A stretch of 64,000 nt of DNA, from assembly GCA_965112155.1 (NCBI GenBank), contig OZ218098.1. The stretch is one strand, 5' to 3'. The stretch is from Podarcis liolepis (Eukaryota). A program made the position numbers and the translations under genes. Each line of letters opens with the position of its first letter. Within the stretch, counting starts at the first letter, position 1. Shown one piece after another: positions 26,444-41,104 of this stretch. The notes beneath the pieces were generated by a model that did no database searches, had not been told where the DNA came from, and saw nothing but the letters and a program-made list of their open reading frames with translations.

Positions 26444-27835
26444 AAGGGTCTGAATACAAAGGAACAGATTCCCCCCCCCCATGTATACATTTTTAAAAGG
26501 GGTATTTAAAACGAGCAGCTGGGAAAGGTTAAATGGGATGAAGTTGGAGACATCCATGGAGCACATAAGATATTTCAAAACAATTTAACAGAGTGACTTG
26601 GGTGGGTTATTAACAGATGTTAATGATTTGTCGGTGGTATAAAACATTAAATCGCAATCGGGGTAGACTGTGGTCATGCCTAGTTTCTTACCCAGGGACA
26701 AAAATTCAGGGTTAGACCACTGTCATGCCTGATTTCTAACCAGCAATGGAACATGTCTGAATTAAGTAACCAAGGAACCACTTTGTTTTAAAGATAAAAC
26801 AAAGCCCCCCTATATTTAACTCTTTCCCCCTCCATGCAACTAAGCTAATGTGAGATAATTCATGGGTACAGCCTCTGCTTAGCATATTTCTGAAGAAGAG
26901 GGATGCCCTATCTCTTTACAAGCCGGTTTGTGTGTGTGTGTTTTTCAGTTCACTGGTGATTTAAAATTTTCTAGTACGAAAGGAGAGCGCCGCAAATGCT
27001 TGAACGGCTGTACAACTGTAGCATTGCCAATAATTCTCATAAAAGTTGGACATTAGTGCTGTATTTAAATAAGGCCCTAAAAATAACTGTATTCAGCTAA
27101 TGGTTGCCAAATAAATCCTGTAAATAAATAAAAAGTGAGATAATATCTTGCTTTATTAGCTTTCTGTGTGTTTTCGCCAACAGATGTAGCACTGTGTATT
27201 CTAGGCCTAGAGGGGCTTTTGAAGAAACAAGAATCTTCTGAGTGAGCAGCTTGAGTAAAAAAAATACTATCTTCAGTGTGTTCTTGGCAAGCGAGAGTTC
27301 AATTTTTATTATTCATTTCTCAAGAGGATGCAAAAATATGTCTAAAGAAGCAGCAACAATGTTTTAACCCTCTATAATTATACAGCGAAGTGGCGGACAA
27401 TGAGAGTACGGCAAGATAAGCTGTGCTTGCACACAGAACAGAGCGATTCTTGAACTATTTTTAATTAGCCTTTTTGACGTGTATCATTTTAGAGACGAAT
27501 GCACAGGCCTATTGCTCAATCAGTACCAGGGATTAGGACAAGAAGGAAGGGGACTCTTCACTGATGGGGAGAGGTACAGAGGCCCCCACTGCACCCACCA
27601 GGGTGAGAAGTTGCTGTTGGTGATTCCCCCACCAGTGGTAGCCTAAGATGGGGCACTTCAGGGTGGATGTGGGATAGCCGTGGTTTGGAGTTGTCCCAAC
27701 AAAAAAAGGAGGGAAATGACTCCGACTTCCAAGTGTCTCGATTTTCCAGGGACAGTCCTGGAATTATGAAAGGCACCTTGTCTTCTGATTTGATCCCGGA
27801 ATGTCCCTATTTTACCTGCCAGTGGGGACTTGGGG

Positions 27836-28272
27836 CAGTGCCAGATTTACGTTTAAGCTGAACAAGCTATAGTTTAGGGCCTCACTCTCTTGGGGCCCCC
27901 AAAAAATTTAAAGGAAAAAGCCCCTGGATGTACATTTCCAAAATAAAAAACAAAAAGCAAATAAAACCTATATACAGCAACAGTGTTTCGTGTTGTGTAG
28001 GCTCCTACGATGTAAGTAATGGGCCCTGCCTGCTAGCCTGCTCCCTAAAATATCACTGGTTTGCTCATTTCTATATCAATTACTTTGATAAAATACATAT
28101 TTTGTTATGTGCAAATAGCTTTAGATACCTATTGGGTCCATAAATTACCAAATAGCATATATTCAACACAAAAAACAGCGAGAATTTGTCGTTGACAAAG
28201 GACAGTTGGACATAGAAAGGGCCCCATTACCTTCAGTAGCTTAGGGCCTCATCAAACCTAAATCCGACCCTG
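27836..28272. mobile_element. hAT non-autonomous element (437 bp)
   Basis: TIRs cagtgccagattta and taaatccgaccctg. Perfect 8-bp TSD acttgggg. Confidence 0.9.
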
Positions 28273-31200
28273 ACTTGGGGTAAACTTGGGAAGAGGATAC
28301 CTGGCTTGCCCTTGACTTTCTCATCATGGCAGCGATAGGAGTAGCATCAGGCAGGGACAATTGCTTCTTTATCCCTTGCTATCAGCTCCAACGCTTGTGT
28401 ATTCAAGAGGAAGCTCATTTCAAGGACACCCGTATAGCATATACAAGTAGGTTGCGCCAGTTATATGATATAGGACCCGAGCTATTCAGGACTTTCTATG
28501 TCAGAGCAATTATCATGACTGCTTTAATCCCCCACAAGGGTTTATGAACAGTTTCCCTCTATGCCCAAGCCAAGGAAACTTGGCCTTCTGTCTTAAACCC
28601 CACAAAGCAAAGTGTTAAGCGACAGATGGCTTGGTGTGACAGATAAGTGTGAAGTCTCACATTAGCAAATATCTAACATCCCAAAGAAGGATCATCAAAG
28701 TCCCCTGGCAATCCAGCCTCTCCTACCACTTACTTGGCTACTAAGTTAGGTAACAATTGCAGTTATCAATTATCGCAGGTTTCCCCATTGGATACAAGAT
28801 ACAGTGCGGGCATTAAATAGGGAGCCTAGCACCCAGAGAGAGTCAGCAGGAATTTATTAATTTTTACTTTCAGCATTTACACTATATACTGCTCAATAAC
28901 AAAAGTTCTCCGGGCAGTTTACAATCAGAATGGAAAAACAGGAAGGGAGGAGAATGGAATGGAGTACTCAAAAACAGGGCAGGATTCTAGCCAGTCGGCC
29001 ATGAACAAGATTGCAAGGCTCACCTGTTTTGTCTTCAGCAGATTTGTGGTTTGTTTATTTCAAGCCTTTGGGGTCCTTTAGGAGAAAGGGTGGGATACAA
29101 ATTTAAGAAATAAAATAAGTAATAAACCCAATAAATAATTTTCTTTCCATTTTCTTTTTAATGTAGAGTTCTTTTAAACTGGAGTGTGGTGGAAAACAGG
29201 GCCATTCTGAATGTTTGCCCATTTTATTTTTCTGACTTAAAATGGGTAAATGGTTCCTGAAAAATTATGAAATTATGTAAATAAGCATCTTCAACACACA
29301 AGCCCAATTCCTGCTTGCTGTCATCAATTTTCTTTTGTTTTCAGAGAAATGCCCTCCTTCAAATTGCCAAAATCTGGGGAGTTTTTCACCACAGCCAGAA
29401 GCTTTCAAAACAAAAACCCCCTCCACTTTGATTCTATAATTTGCATTATGATTTGAGGTATATGAATATGATCATATCTAATTTTGTAGAGGACCTCTAA
29501 AGATTCCACACCTCAGTGTGGTTTTTTTGTGTTGTGGTTGCTTATTACCTTGACAAATTATATTATTAAGATACCATGTGTTTCACTTATTTATTGATTC
29601 ATATTAATTCAGTTTATTTTGTCTGTTATAAGTGCTTTCTGTTACAGATAATCAATTTTCTAATGCTTTTTCTCCTGTATGTGGAATGGATTGTTATATT
29701 TTAGGTGTGATTTTAATTGCACTTCATGTTGCTTTTGCATTGCACTTATAAATATAATGTAAAAAAATATTGTATTGACATTTTAATATGCTGTCACTTT
29801 AAGATACCGCATGAAGTGTGAACAGAGCACAGGCACTTTAGGCAGGTGGGTCTAATTGCTAGTTTGTTTCTTAGAAATTGCCGTCATGTAATGTTTGATG
29901 AAACATGCACAGATCCTGGGAAGGTGTTTGGATGCTGAAACATGCTAACCAGGTTTTCTTTGCCTTCTGGTAAAAACAAATTGGACTTCGTAATTGATTT
30001 TTTTGTAAGTAAAGCTTTTATGTTTGCTTTGAGTTCAGACTCCATCTTTTTCTTGTTATATTTTGTCCCTTAGGAGTGTTTGCACCATAGGTATCTAGAA
30101 AAGCAAGCTTAGTATAAATTCGTTTATCTCATCAAATAGCTGTGTTTCTATTACTTTCAGATTTTAGCAAAGCCTGTTGCTACAAAAATAATGGTAGGAA
30201 GGGAGAAAGGTAATTTTATTTAAACTCCAGCACTTCACTCCCCCCCCCAGCCCACTTACCTGATTGTATCTGGGTTTAATTCACAGAATCTTTAGTGTTT
30301 TGTTTTTTTAATGCCTTAAAAAGGGCTTTATTGGGGAAATCATTTTTTGGTTCTTGTTAAACTTTATTTTACAACTATTTACTAGGAAAGAAATATGAGC
30401 AACAACGTGTCCTATTGAAATAACAAATAAGGCCATTGCATCCTTTTTATAATGACATTTATTTAGATTCTCAAAAGGGAAAACCTCCCCCCAAAAAACA
30501 CATTAGTAGTTCAACATTGTTGCTTTTGGGAAAACCTTAGGTTTATTACATAGAAAATAATCAGTATCTAAGGTTCTTGAAAGCATATAAACTTACCCAT
30601 TTTTAAAGTTGCCCATTTCACATGCACTCCAGTCAGCATGAAAAAAACACATTAAAAATTGGAGCACATTTTGAAATTAGATCATTATTAATTCCCTTTA
30701 ATATACACCCTAGGCATATCAAAACCATAAAATACAACATAAAAATAAAATCTAGACCCAACCACTGAATTCATTGGGACTTACTCCTGGGTAAGTGTGC
30801 ACTGGATTGCAGCCTTTGAGTGATTGCATAAAATGATGGAAGTCAACTTAATAGTTCAGCCTTGGTAAAAGGAAGAGAACCCTGATCAATTTGCAAAGAA
30901 TTGCCTCCAGCTGTGTTGGTTTCCGTCTATTACTTAAACAGAAGCTGATCACAGTTTGTTCTCCTTTTACGTATTTACTTTTTCTGGAATTCAGAGAAGA
31001 AAGGCCTGGTGGTAGGTTCAGACTCACATACAACAACGTGACACTTGACAGCCTTTCCTATTAGTTGGTACTCATGATTCAGAGGCAGCATAAATACTCT
31101 TAAGTGCTATTTGCTGGGGATTGGCAATATCTATGACAGAGGACTGTTGCTTTTGTGCCCTGGTTTGATCTGGCTGGCTACTGGGGAATTAAATGGACTT

Positions 31201-31295
31201 TTGTTCAGCAAGGATCCTCATATGAAGTTATGTTCTGTTAATTTAGGAAATACACATGGTTCCTTGACACTTTAAAGAACATACAGTATGTGGGG

Positions 31296-31551
31296 TAGGG
31301 CGGTTCATTAATAACATTTTTAAAAAATAAATAAATAAATCCTGCTCCAAAGGTCTTATCTTACTACACTAGGGATTATATAGCTATATCTGAGATTTTA
31401 TGCCTATCAGTTCATATCTTGACCATCCTCCATGAAAATAGCTGTTTACTTGGCCGTTTTCCTATGTTGTGAAGGCTGAAATTTCACTTCAGTGGAGCAG
31501 GGTCAAGATATTAACTGATTTTCAAAAAAAAGTTTTTTATGACCCGTCCTA
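31296..31551. mobile_element. hAT-type non-autonomous element (256 bp) with TAGG termini
   Basis: TIRs tagggcggttcat and atgacccgtccta. Perfect 8-bp TSD atgtgggg. Confidence 0.88.
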
Positions 31552-32172
31552 ATGTGGGGGTTTCATGGACAAGGCTTGCCCTCACTGCCAACATATAGGC
31601 CAACATATACATTAAGTCCAGGTTATGATGAAGTGCTACACACATACTGTTATATGCCTGCTAAGCTCCTCCATGTGTGGATCAGAATACAATCAGAGCT
31701 TCATTATGTTCTGGCCACAGGGGTGCCAACTTGAATAAAATATTGGGGTGGCCCAAGTATGCCCTGTCCTGCATAATCAATCACATGATGCGGTGCACAG
31801 ACAGTATTTGAAGGGCAATGCCCATCAGCTTTGGGGTGGGCTGGCCACCTCAAATATTTTATGGAGGAGCGAAGGGACCTCAGCCTCTAGGAACTGGCTA
31901 TTATGGCTGGCCAGATGTGTGGGTGGTGAGGGGTGGGGCAACTGTGGAAGTAGACAATGAGGGGTAGGGCTAGTCTGTTTGGCCCTGTAGCCTACCTGTT
32001 CGTTCAATGTTCTTTCAGTGCTGGGGAGGGTGTTTGAACCCCTCTTTTGCCTCTCCTAGACCTAATGGGAGAAACAATGTTTCTTTTTTTCTTGTATGTA
32101 TGCGGGTACAGCCGACAACCATTTCGCGTGGGGTTCCATGCCTGGCCCCTGCGCCCGTTGGCAAAACGTGTA

Positions 32173-32414
32173 CAGTGGTACCTCGGGTTACATACGCTTC
32201 AGGTTACATACGCTTCAGGTTACAGACTCCGTTAACCCAGAAATATTGTTTCAGGTTAAGAACTTTGCTTCAGGATGAGAACAGAAATTGTGCTCCAACG
32301 GCGCGGCAGCAGCAGGAGGCCCCATTAGCTAAAGTGGTGCTTCAGGTTAAGAACAGTTTCAGGTTAAGGATAGACCTCTGGAACGAATTAAGTACTTAGC
32401 CCGAGGTACCACTG
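32173..32414. mobile_element. pogo/Tigger-like MITE
   Basis: TA|cagtggtacctcggg…ccgaggtaccactg|TA. Confidence 0.92.
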
Positions 32415-33027
32415 TATAAGCACCCCCTGTCCCTGTTACATCCCACCCTGTTGCATCCTTCTTACGACAATTTCAGTCACTTCCTGGTCTGGTCACAAGT
32501 CTTTCAGACATGTATTCATCAGCCGTCACCTGTATCCTTGTTACAAAATTGTACACACATAAATAATAAAAGATGACATGACTAACAAAAATTGGGTGGG
32601 GTAAAATACTAAACACATTATTTTACAGTACACAATAATGGGGTGATTACAGTAAACCAGTAAAATGACTTCAATAAATCAGCTTGGAAAACACAAGTGT
32701 AATTGGAGGGAGGTAATTAGTGGGGTCTGCTTATCTCTGTCACATTGCTGTGCTATTTCTGTGGGCCCTGCCATTAGAAAAACTGAAATAGCAACCGCAG
32801 GGTGGCATGAGCAGCATCCCCCTTCCTCCTTCGCCATTCTTCCTGAAGCCCTTCAACTTGGATAGGGTGGAGTGCATAAATCCACAGGGCAGGAATGGGG
32901 GCTGTGGCCCTTTCGGATATTGCTGGAGTCCAGTTCTCATCATGCCCGGACAGGCGTCAGGGATGATGGCAGTTGTGGTACATCAGCATCTGGAGGGCCA
33001 GAGGTGACCCTTTGTCCTAGGATATGC

Positions 33028-33763
33028 TGACGCGGGTGGCACTGTGGGAAAACCACAGAGCCTAGGACTTGCCGATCAGAAGGTCGGCGGTTTGAATCCC
33101 CGTGACATGGTGAGTTCCTGTTGCTCGGTCCCTGCTCCTGCCAACTTAGCAGTTCGAAAGCACCTCAAAGTGCAAGTAGATAAATGTTAGGATATTTCCG
33201 TTCCACCTTAAAAGGGAGCAGGCTTTGTGAGTCAGAGTCTGCGCATGTCCTGTTCACAGGATGTTTATGTTTCCTATTGCTTTCGTTCTCTCTTTGTCGA
33301 AGACACTGACGCAGAACAGTCATGTCTTTCTTTGTTCTGATCAACGCTGAATAAAAGCTTGTAAATAATGCTCTCCTGGGTGCGACTTTTGCTGTGCATT
33401 ATCTGCTGATAAGAGTGTGCATGAGCCCTGGAATGTGGCAAGGTATTTCCAGGAAACTCGTGTCGCTAATAGCTCATACTGCGTGACTACCAGAGGTCGA
33501 TGGATCATCCGGCAGCCGGCTTGGGGGCCATGATGGACTTTATCTCCCTGGCAGTATCCCAACAACAAATAGGTACCGCTCAGGTGGGATGGTAAACGGC
33601 GTTTCCGTGTGCTGCTCTGGTTCGCCAGAAGCAGCTTAGTCATGCTGGCCACATGACACGGAAGCTGTACGCCGGCTCCCTCGGCCAATAAAGCGAGATG
33701 AGCGCCGCAACCCCAGAGTCATCCGTGACTGGACCTAACAGTCAGGGGTCCCTTTACCTTTAC
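33028..33763 (+). mobile_element. Sauria SINE interrupted by a solo LTR
   Basis: Halves 33028-33184 and 33570-33763 rejoin into the core gtagataaataggtacc. Confidence 0.9.
33185..33564 (+). mobile_element. Solo LTR (380 bp)
   Basis: TG…CA ends, terminal inverted repeat tgttaggata/tatcccaaca, 5-bp TSD ataaa/acaaa, AATAAA at 33350-33355. Confidence 0.85.
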
Positions 33764-35994
33764 AGAGGCAATGTGCACCTTGACTTAGCCATGGGTTGGA
33801 AATACGTAGCACCATTTGCTCCTCTGTCTCAGGCAGCAAAGTGTCTCAGGCAGCTTATAAAAAGGGGGGGGGGAGGCTTGTCTCTAAAAGGCGCTGTATT
33901 TACAGCTCTTCATGGGTCCTCTCTCTCCAGAGTAAAGCATTGTGAAGGAAGGAAAAAGTTGGGGACTAGGCGTTTTAAAATGGGAAAGTGACAACCCATT
34001 GATTCACGCCATTGACCTTGAGGATGTGCAAAAGACAGTCTTCACCAGCTTGCCTTCCAAAATGGGATCAGGGGTTGGCCACATCTGAAGCAATTGAAAC
34101 CTCCCAACAAAAACCACAGTGATGCCTCCTGCCTGCAATGCATCGTCAAAACAAAAGGAAGTGTCCTTTTTTTAATGCTTGGCAAGCAAGATGCAATTGA
34201 AAAGGTTGCAAGAGTTTTTGCGTTTCAGCCTTAAAACAAAGGAACCCTCCATTGCTGTTGGAGTTCTGAGTGCAAACAGGCAGACACCTCCGCCAGACCG
34301 CTTTAGAGACATATTAGCTAAACCACCAAATTACTGTCCTTGTCGAGCTGTAAACAGCTATAAATCTTGGTTTTAAAAAAATAAACCAGAAAAATGTAGC
34401 ACATTAAAATTGAATTAGACAATGCACACCACCCATAAACTATATAATAAACAGATCTTGGCCTTGTAGTACAGTTATGATTTCTGACAACTCACTAGAG
34501 AAGAACTCATGGGCATTCTGAATGACCTGCTACATAAATCGCTGACTAGTCATTTACACTGAGCGCATGAACCTCATTTTCTGAAATCCTGGTGAATGAT
34601 TTTACAATCGATAGCATCTTTACTTCCTAATAATTTAAGCTAACAAGCAATGGTGAAGCAATGGATACAGTGTATTAAAATATGGGACTCTTGAGGGAAG
34701 GTTCCTTTTGAGACATTTTGTGCTTGGGTACAAATAATACAAAAATTAAATACTTGAGTGGCTTGGCAAATGTAGCCCATGTCTACTTGTATTATTAATT
34801 TAGTTATTATATATGGCTATTAATCACCTATTAGCCTAGTTATCTAGCTACCTACAACAATTTTTGAACACCAAAAACCCCCCACAAATCAAGTAACAAA
34901 ATAAAATCTCACTTAAAATGCAACATAAATATAACAAAATTAATTAAATAAATATTCCCTTAGGGATAAAAATAGAGTGCTCAAATGCTGAGTAAAGGCT
35001 AAGATAGTAATCAATGTCAACTTTACGACAAAAATTAGATATGTACTATTAAAGTTGTTTAAAGTTCTTAAGAGGGCTGAGTAAACAAAAATGTCTCTGG
35101 GGCAGAAACTACATTACTGTAGTTCCCAGGTGGACTTCTCTGGGGAGAGTCTTCCGCAGCCAAGAGGCCACTTTCTCCTTGCTGTCTTCCATACTGAGGC
35201 ATTCCTAAAAGAACCTCAGTTGATGATCTTAATGCGCAGGTAGGATGTGTTGCTTCAGGTACTGAAATGTCAAGCTGTGAAGGTTTTTAGCTTTTGTGCT
35301 TGGGCAATGAATGTTCAGCTGAGCCATGCTTGCCTATATTATTATTCCTCCATAACACACATATGCCTAGCAATTGGGTGCTGTGCTTATAGCTCACACA
35401 GGTTTGGCTTCAGCTGGATGTTCTGCTTGTGTGGAAATCCTCAGGGGGGAAAACCTGGCCCTTAGTTTTAACTACTGTTTACAAACCAACAAAAACAACA
35501 TTCCTTAGCAATCCTGTTGAGAACTCCCCCCCCCCCAACTGGCCAAATGGGCAGGATAATTTCATCATGCTGTACAAAATGTGATAAGCTCCATGGAGGA
35601 ACCTCGCTTTGCCTCAGTATGCAAGTACCAATATTTGATTTGTTTTCATGTTGCAGTTCTGTGGTTTTACACAAAAGCAAATTCCATTGAGTTCAGTGGG
35701 TCCGCTACAGATTGGTACAGCAATCAGGCCTGGATCAAGACCAGTGCCTTCATGTGGCAGCAGTGAGACCAGCATGGGATTCAGCCAGCTCAGCCCTATT
35801 CCATCCTCGAAACGTCACATTTTGAGACCTAAGACATCCCATTCATGGCACTTCGGCTCATTCACATGTTTGGCAGTTGTCAGGGGGTCTGCTCAGCAGG
35901 AATGCTGGATCAAACCCTGCCCCCACCCCAGCATATGAGGGATCTGTATTACTCTATTAATGTATTTACAGTTACGGTTTACTAAAGACATGTA

Positions 35995-36236
35995 CAGTGG
36001 TACCTCGGGTTACATACGCTTCAGGTTACATACGCTTCAGGTTACAGGCTCCGCTAACCCAGAAATAGTACCTCGGGTTAAGAATTTTGCTTCAGGGTGA
36101 GAACAGAAATTGTGCTCCGGCGGTGCGGCAGAAGTGGGAGGCCCCATTAGCTAAAGTGGTGCTTCAGGTTAAGAACAGTTTCAGGTTAAGAGCAGACATC
36201 TGGAACGAATTAAGTACATAACCAGAGGTACCATCG
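35995..36236. mobile_element. pogo/Tigger-like MITE
   Basis: TA-flanked, same family as 32173-32414. Confidence 0.9.
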
Positions 36237-36494
36237 TATGTGATTTAGCTGCTCGGAATTCCATTTACTCTTGAAGCCCGGGACAAACACCCAGCTACAA
36301 TATAACAGCACTGGGCATCATAAAACCTTTGTAATTGTTGGGTTTTGTCTTCCCCTTCAGAAAACAGGGTGACTGTGTTCACATTTCTGTTTACTCTGCT
36401 TCCAGTGAGCTGCCAATGCTGGCTGGAGAAACAGTGTCTATATGACATTAGCCACAGTCTAAATTAATCCTTTGTCTACCTTGCTGTTTCTTGT

Positions 36495-36775
36495 ACACCT
36501 GAAGGAGCGTCTCAACCCCCATTGTTCTGCCCGGACACTGAGGTCCAGCGCTGAGGGCCTTCTGGCGGTTCCCTCACTGTGAGAAGTTGAGGTTACAGGG
36601 AACCAGGTAGAGGGCCTTCTCGGTAGTGGCGCCCGCCCTGTTGAATGCCCTCCCATCAGATGTCAAGGCAATAAGCAACTATCTTACTTTTAAAAGACAC
36701 TTGAAGGCAGCCCTGTTTAGGGAAGTTTTTAATGTTTAATGCTGTATTGTGTTTTTAATATTCGGCTGGGAGCTG
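36495..36775 (+). mobile_element. L2 LINE 3' fragment
   Basis: Highly similar to 57255-57490 and to the reverse complement of 63520-63790. Confidence 0.85.
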
Positions 36776-39139
36776 AATATTCTTCTTCTTCTTCTTCTTC
36801 TTATGAAATACTGCATTTTGTTACTTCCCCCACTCCAGCTTGAATCTAAACTGAGAAAAAGAACAAGTGTGTTGCATTGTAAGTCAGTAATGCGTTCACA
36901 GTCAGAGACTTTATTTAGCAATACTAATAATATAGGCAACAGGAAGAAGTATCACTTTATTTGTAGTGAAATGGCAAAGAGGACAATGGAATTATCTGGG
37001 TTTGTATCCTCTGTTGACAATAATCCTAGTAATTTTCTAAGCAGAGTTAATTCTGGCATGTAGTATTTTGGCTAGGAGCCTAGAGGAATGTACCTCTTTT
37101 TATACTTCAATTGTCTTCTTATTTTGCCATAAGCTCCCCTCCCTAGTATTTCTTTTGACTATTTTTTCCAAGAAAGGGTAACCAGATCTTTTATTCCACA
37201 CAAAAAGAATACATGAACTTACTATGTGCACTATACTTAAAAAATGTTTAAAATTACCAAGTGGAAAATGGGCAAATATGCATTTGTAAGCTAATTTTCA
37301 ATTATTGGTTTAAGAAATATCTGCAAAGTTTGTTTTGTTTTTCAAATTATAAAAGGGTGGTTTTTAAAATACACCACTCCCTGCCATGCAAACATACATT
37401 TTCCTTTTTGGGTACACTCAAATAGATTCAAAGTGTGAGTGGGTCTTAAAATGACTACTTGTCATATGATGATATGATGATGATATGATATCATAAACTT
37501 AAATGGTGCTGAAAGAATGTTTTTGACAGATAGGCAATCTGCTTAACAAAAGTATCCATTTTAAGGTACCTTTGCAACCAGTGTAAATTTGGAAGGTGCC
37601 TTTTAAAAATTCAGTCCTCTCGGCTGGGGAAAAGAGAAAGATGTTTCACGGGGAAACAATTTTTTGTTTGGTCATCCTTTAGTGCCATGATTCAAGTGAC
37701 CAGGCATTTGCTAAAGTTTATTATGTCTGAGCTGCAGGAACGTTTATGTGGATTAAGAAGGCATAGCTTGCAGCCCAGATTCTCAAATGGTGTTGCAGCT
37801 TTTCATTAACCTAGAAACCTCCTATTTACATGGTTCACAGCCTGGTCTCAGCTCACTTGGAGGTAACAAAGGGTGTCAGGGACAAGAGTACTGCAGGGGG
37901 TTTGATCCTCTAGGGCTGCCATCTGACTTTCATCAGGTCAACTGTTTTAACTCCTGCCTCATTAGGCAAAATAAAATGGAGATTATGGTGTGCAGAAGGA
38001 TCAGATTACCTGAAGCTGGCTCTGCCTCCTGACACTTGCCATTGACTCTGTATTTGGACAAGGCCTTGCTCACTGTGTTTTCCTTCCAGCAGGGCAGCGG
38101 GCTTTAAATTATGTTGAAGACAAGATCATTTGTAATGGATCCCCTTTGACATTGCAGAGGTTAGGTGTGAAGAGAGTATCGTAATAGGCGAAGACACATC
38201 AGTCTGAGAGGTAGTTTACCTACTGGAGAGATGTCATTGTCTGGCATGGGTTTAATACTGATATGTGCCATACTTCATATCAAGTGATGGCTGTCTCTTC
38301 ACTTTCAAAGAAGGCAGTAAATTATTTTAAAATAGCATTTGTCTAAGTGAATTTATTATTGACCTGATACAAAAGACAACAGCACTGATTCAGATGATCT
38401 TTTGTCAAACAAGGCTTTGGGGGCTATTTGTTGTTACTCAGTGATGCCACTGTAAATAGTTACCCTATTAAGGTAATTATAACCCAGGTCAGAAAATAAG
38501 TGTGGTTTAAGGTTGGCTGTCAATGCCATATTTTTTTTAGAATCAAAGCAAGATTATTAACATTCAGGTGACAATTAAGCAGAGCAAGATTAGTCAAGCA
38601 AACCAAGGAACAAAACTGAATGGGATACATGCCCATAACTCCTACTGTTAAGTGGAGGAATCAGCAGAGGACATACAGACCAAATACTAGAAGCTTAGTT
38701 ACTAGCTATTTTAGGGAAGGACACAGAGGTTGATAAGGTATCACAATGAAAGTCAACTCCAGATCTGAAACTTAGTGAAGATCTGGAATGGAGAGATGGA
38801 CAAAATGTGCCAAGCAAATATTGGGAATCAAGGGCAAGTCATTGTGACAAAGGAAGAGGCAGGACTGAAACACAAATGTCTGGTTCAAATACAGACAGGA
38901 AGAACGTGACAGTAATGGCACTTTAGCTATATAAGACAAGGACAGCATGTGGAGAAGAAATAGGGGCTGGGGTAGCAGTTCTCAAACTGTGGCCCATCAG
39001 CTTTATTCAGTGCTGCACAGTGTGTCTGTGAAGAACAGTGCAACAGCAGAAGAAATAGAGAAAAGCAGAAATAAAGAGCAGCGAAGAGGGGAAATTGTAG
39101 GTCCTTCCAGCCCTCTCTGCCCACAGGAATCTCAGTATA

Positions 39140-39377
39140 CAGTAGTACCTTGGTTTTTGAACATAATCCATTCTGGAAGACTGTTCAAGTTCTGAAACTT
39201 TCAAAAATCAAAACTATATAGCTGACAGCTAGGCTTCAGGTTCTTGCACTCAGCGGAAGCCGCGTGGCATGTTCGACTTCCGAGGCATGTTCAAAAACTG
39301 AAGCATTCACTTCCGGGTTTACGACGTTTGAGTTCTGAAACGTTCAATGGAGACGTTCGAAAACCAAAGTACCACTG
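39140..39377. mobile_element. pogo/Tigger-like MITE (different interior)
   Basis: TA|cagtagtaccttggtttt…aaaaccaaagtaccactg|TA. Confidence 0.85.
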
Positions 39378-41104
39378 TATTTAATAAGCAGAAACAACAA
39401 CATCGACAACAATTTATTACTTACACCCCAGCCTTTTGACTGGATTGTCCCAGGCATTCTGGGTGGCTTCCAGCATAATAAAAGCACTGTAACACATCAA
39501 ACATTAAAAACTTCCTGATAAAAGACTGCCTTCAGATTATTTGGGGGGGGGGGTGAGTGTAACTTGTAGCCTGGCTCTTAGCTGAATTCTCTGAAGTAAC
39601 TGTAGCCATATGTCAACCAAAATGATACAATTCTTGCACACGGAATTGAGGTCTGGAAGCTCTTATCTGATCCAGCATCAGTTTTGTATGTTGCCTGTGA
39701 AAGCATCTTTCAGAGCCATGTCTCCTGTTGCATTTGCATGGAATTCATCTGAATTCCTAATGCCAATATAATGGCTACTTTGATATATAGCTAAGGAGCA
39801 GAAGGAGCTCTGGTTTCCCCATAAACAACATTTATGTATGCACTGTGATTAAAACATTAAAAATGAATACAGATAATACTGACTGAATAAAAAGAAATGC
39901 GTAATGCTGATATTTGGGCCTGAAACATAAAAAGATAATGGGCAAAGCTTTTGTTTGCTGACAAAGGGTTATGCTAACTGGTTCCACAATGAAATTTGTT
40001 GATTTGCTTATACTGTAATAATTGCTCACTCTATAGGATGTTTCAGTCTACCCACAGTAAGCTGGGACAAACCCACCTAGAATATTACCTATGGCAAATC
40101 GCTAGAGGAGGCTGTTAAAAGGCACTAATCACAACTGACTCACTCATTCATATAGAATTTGAGAGACAATGATGTGTAAAAATGACTTATTTCTGAAGTC
40201 CACTGTACATTGTGGCAACAATAGGATCTTTTTCAGAACATACCTAGGACTTGGTTTCACTTCCATGTGCTTAGGGTAGCATTAATTGGACCTCACTTTC
40301 ATGTGCAATTGGTTAAGGTGGAGTTTTCTGCATTCAGAATTTTCCTCAACCTAAATGTCATTTATTTATTAAAAATATGTGTAAGCTGCCCTTCCACTAA
40401 ACAGATCTGAGGGCAATGTACAGTAATAACAATAGTAAAATACAATTAAAGCAAAAGATCAGCCGTCATAAAACAGTACAAATTAAAAAACAGGAGCCAA
40501 GAACCAAATGCGCACCCTTTAAAATGCCTTGGCATGCTGCAGTAGGACAGAAAAAAAATGTGTGAAATTCTAAAAGCATTGGTTTTTGCCAACAGCAACA
40601 CAGAATAATTCTTTTTTTAGTTTGGCCCCAGAAACTTACCAGTTCTGTATCGTCTATCATATGACATCGGGTGATGGGCAGGTGGGTGTGGCTTGGGTCA
40701 AATCACATCATGTGGGGAAACCCCCCCTCAAAGCTGTTTACAAAAAAATTGAGGCAATTTAAAAAAATACAACCCTACTTTAAAACATTATATGTGTTAA
40801 CTACCGGATGTGACTCTCCACATCATGAGAGTAAGGAAATTTACATTATTACATAATTTTGCTATGTGGCTGATAATTAGCTACAAATGGAATTTATTTG
40901 GGGCTGAATAAATACAAAGGCTTCCCTTCCTACTACGGATGTTTGTTAACTCAGCATGGCCAAGTTGAATGTTTTGCCAACACGCCAGGAAGAAGACTCA
41001 AGACAAATAAGTATGGGTAAATGTGTTATATTCATAGGCGTTAACTCCTGTGCCTACCCCTCCAGAAATTATGTGGAAATACTGGAGGAAAATAACAACA
41101 TGGC

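Noticed and set aside
26145-26578. Poly-F/S/R/L/P ORFs
   Set aside because: Artefacts of the (GAG)n(GAA)n microsatellite.
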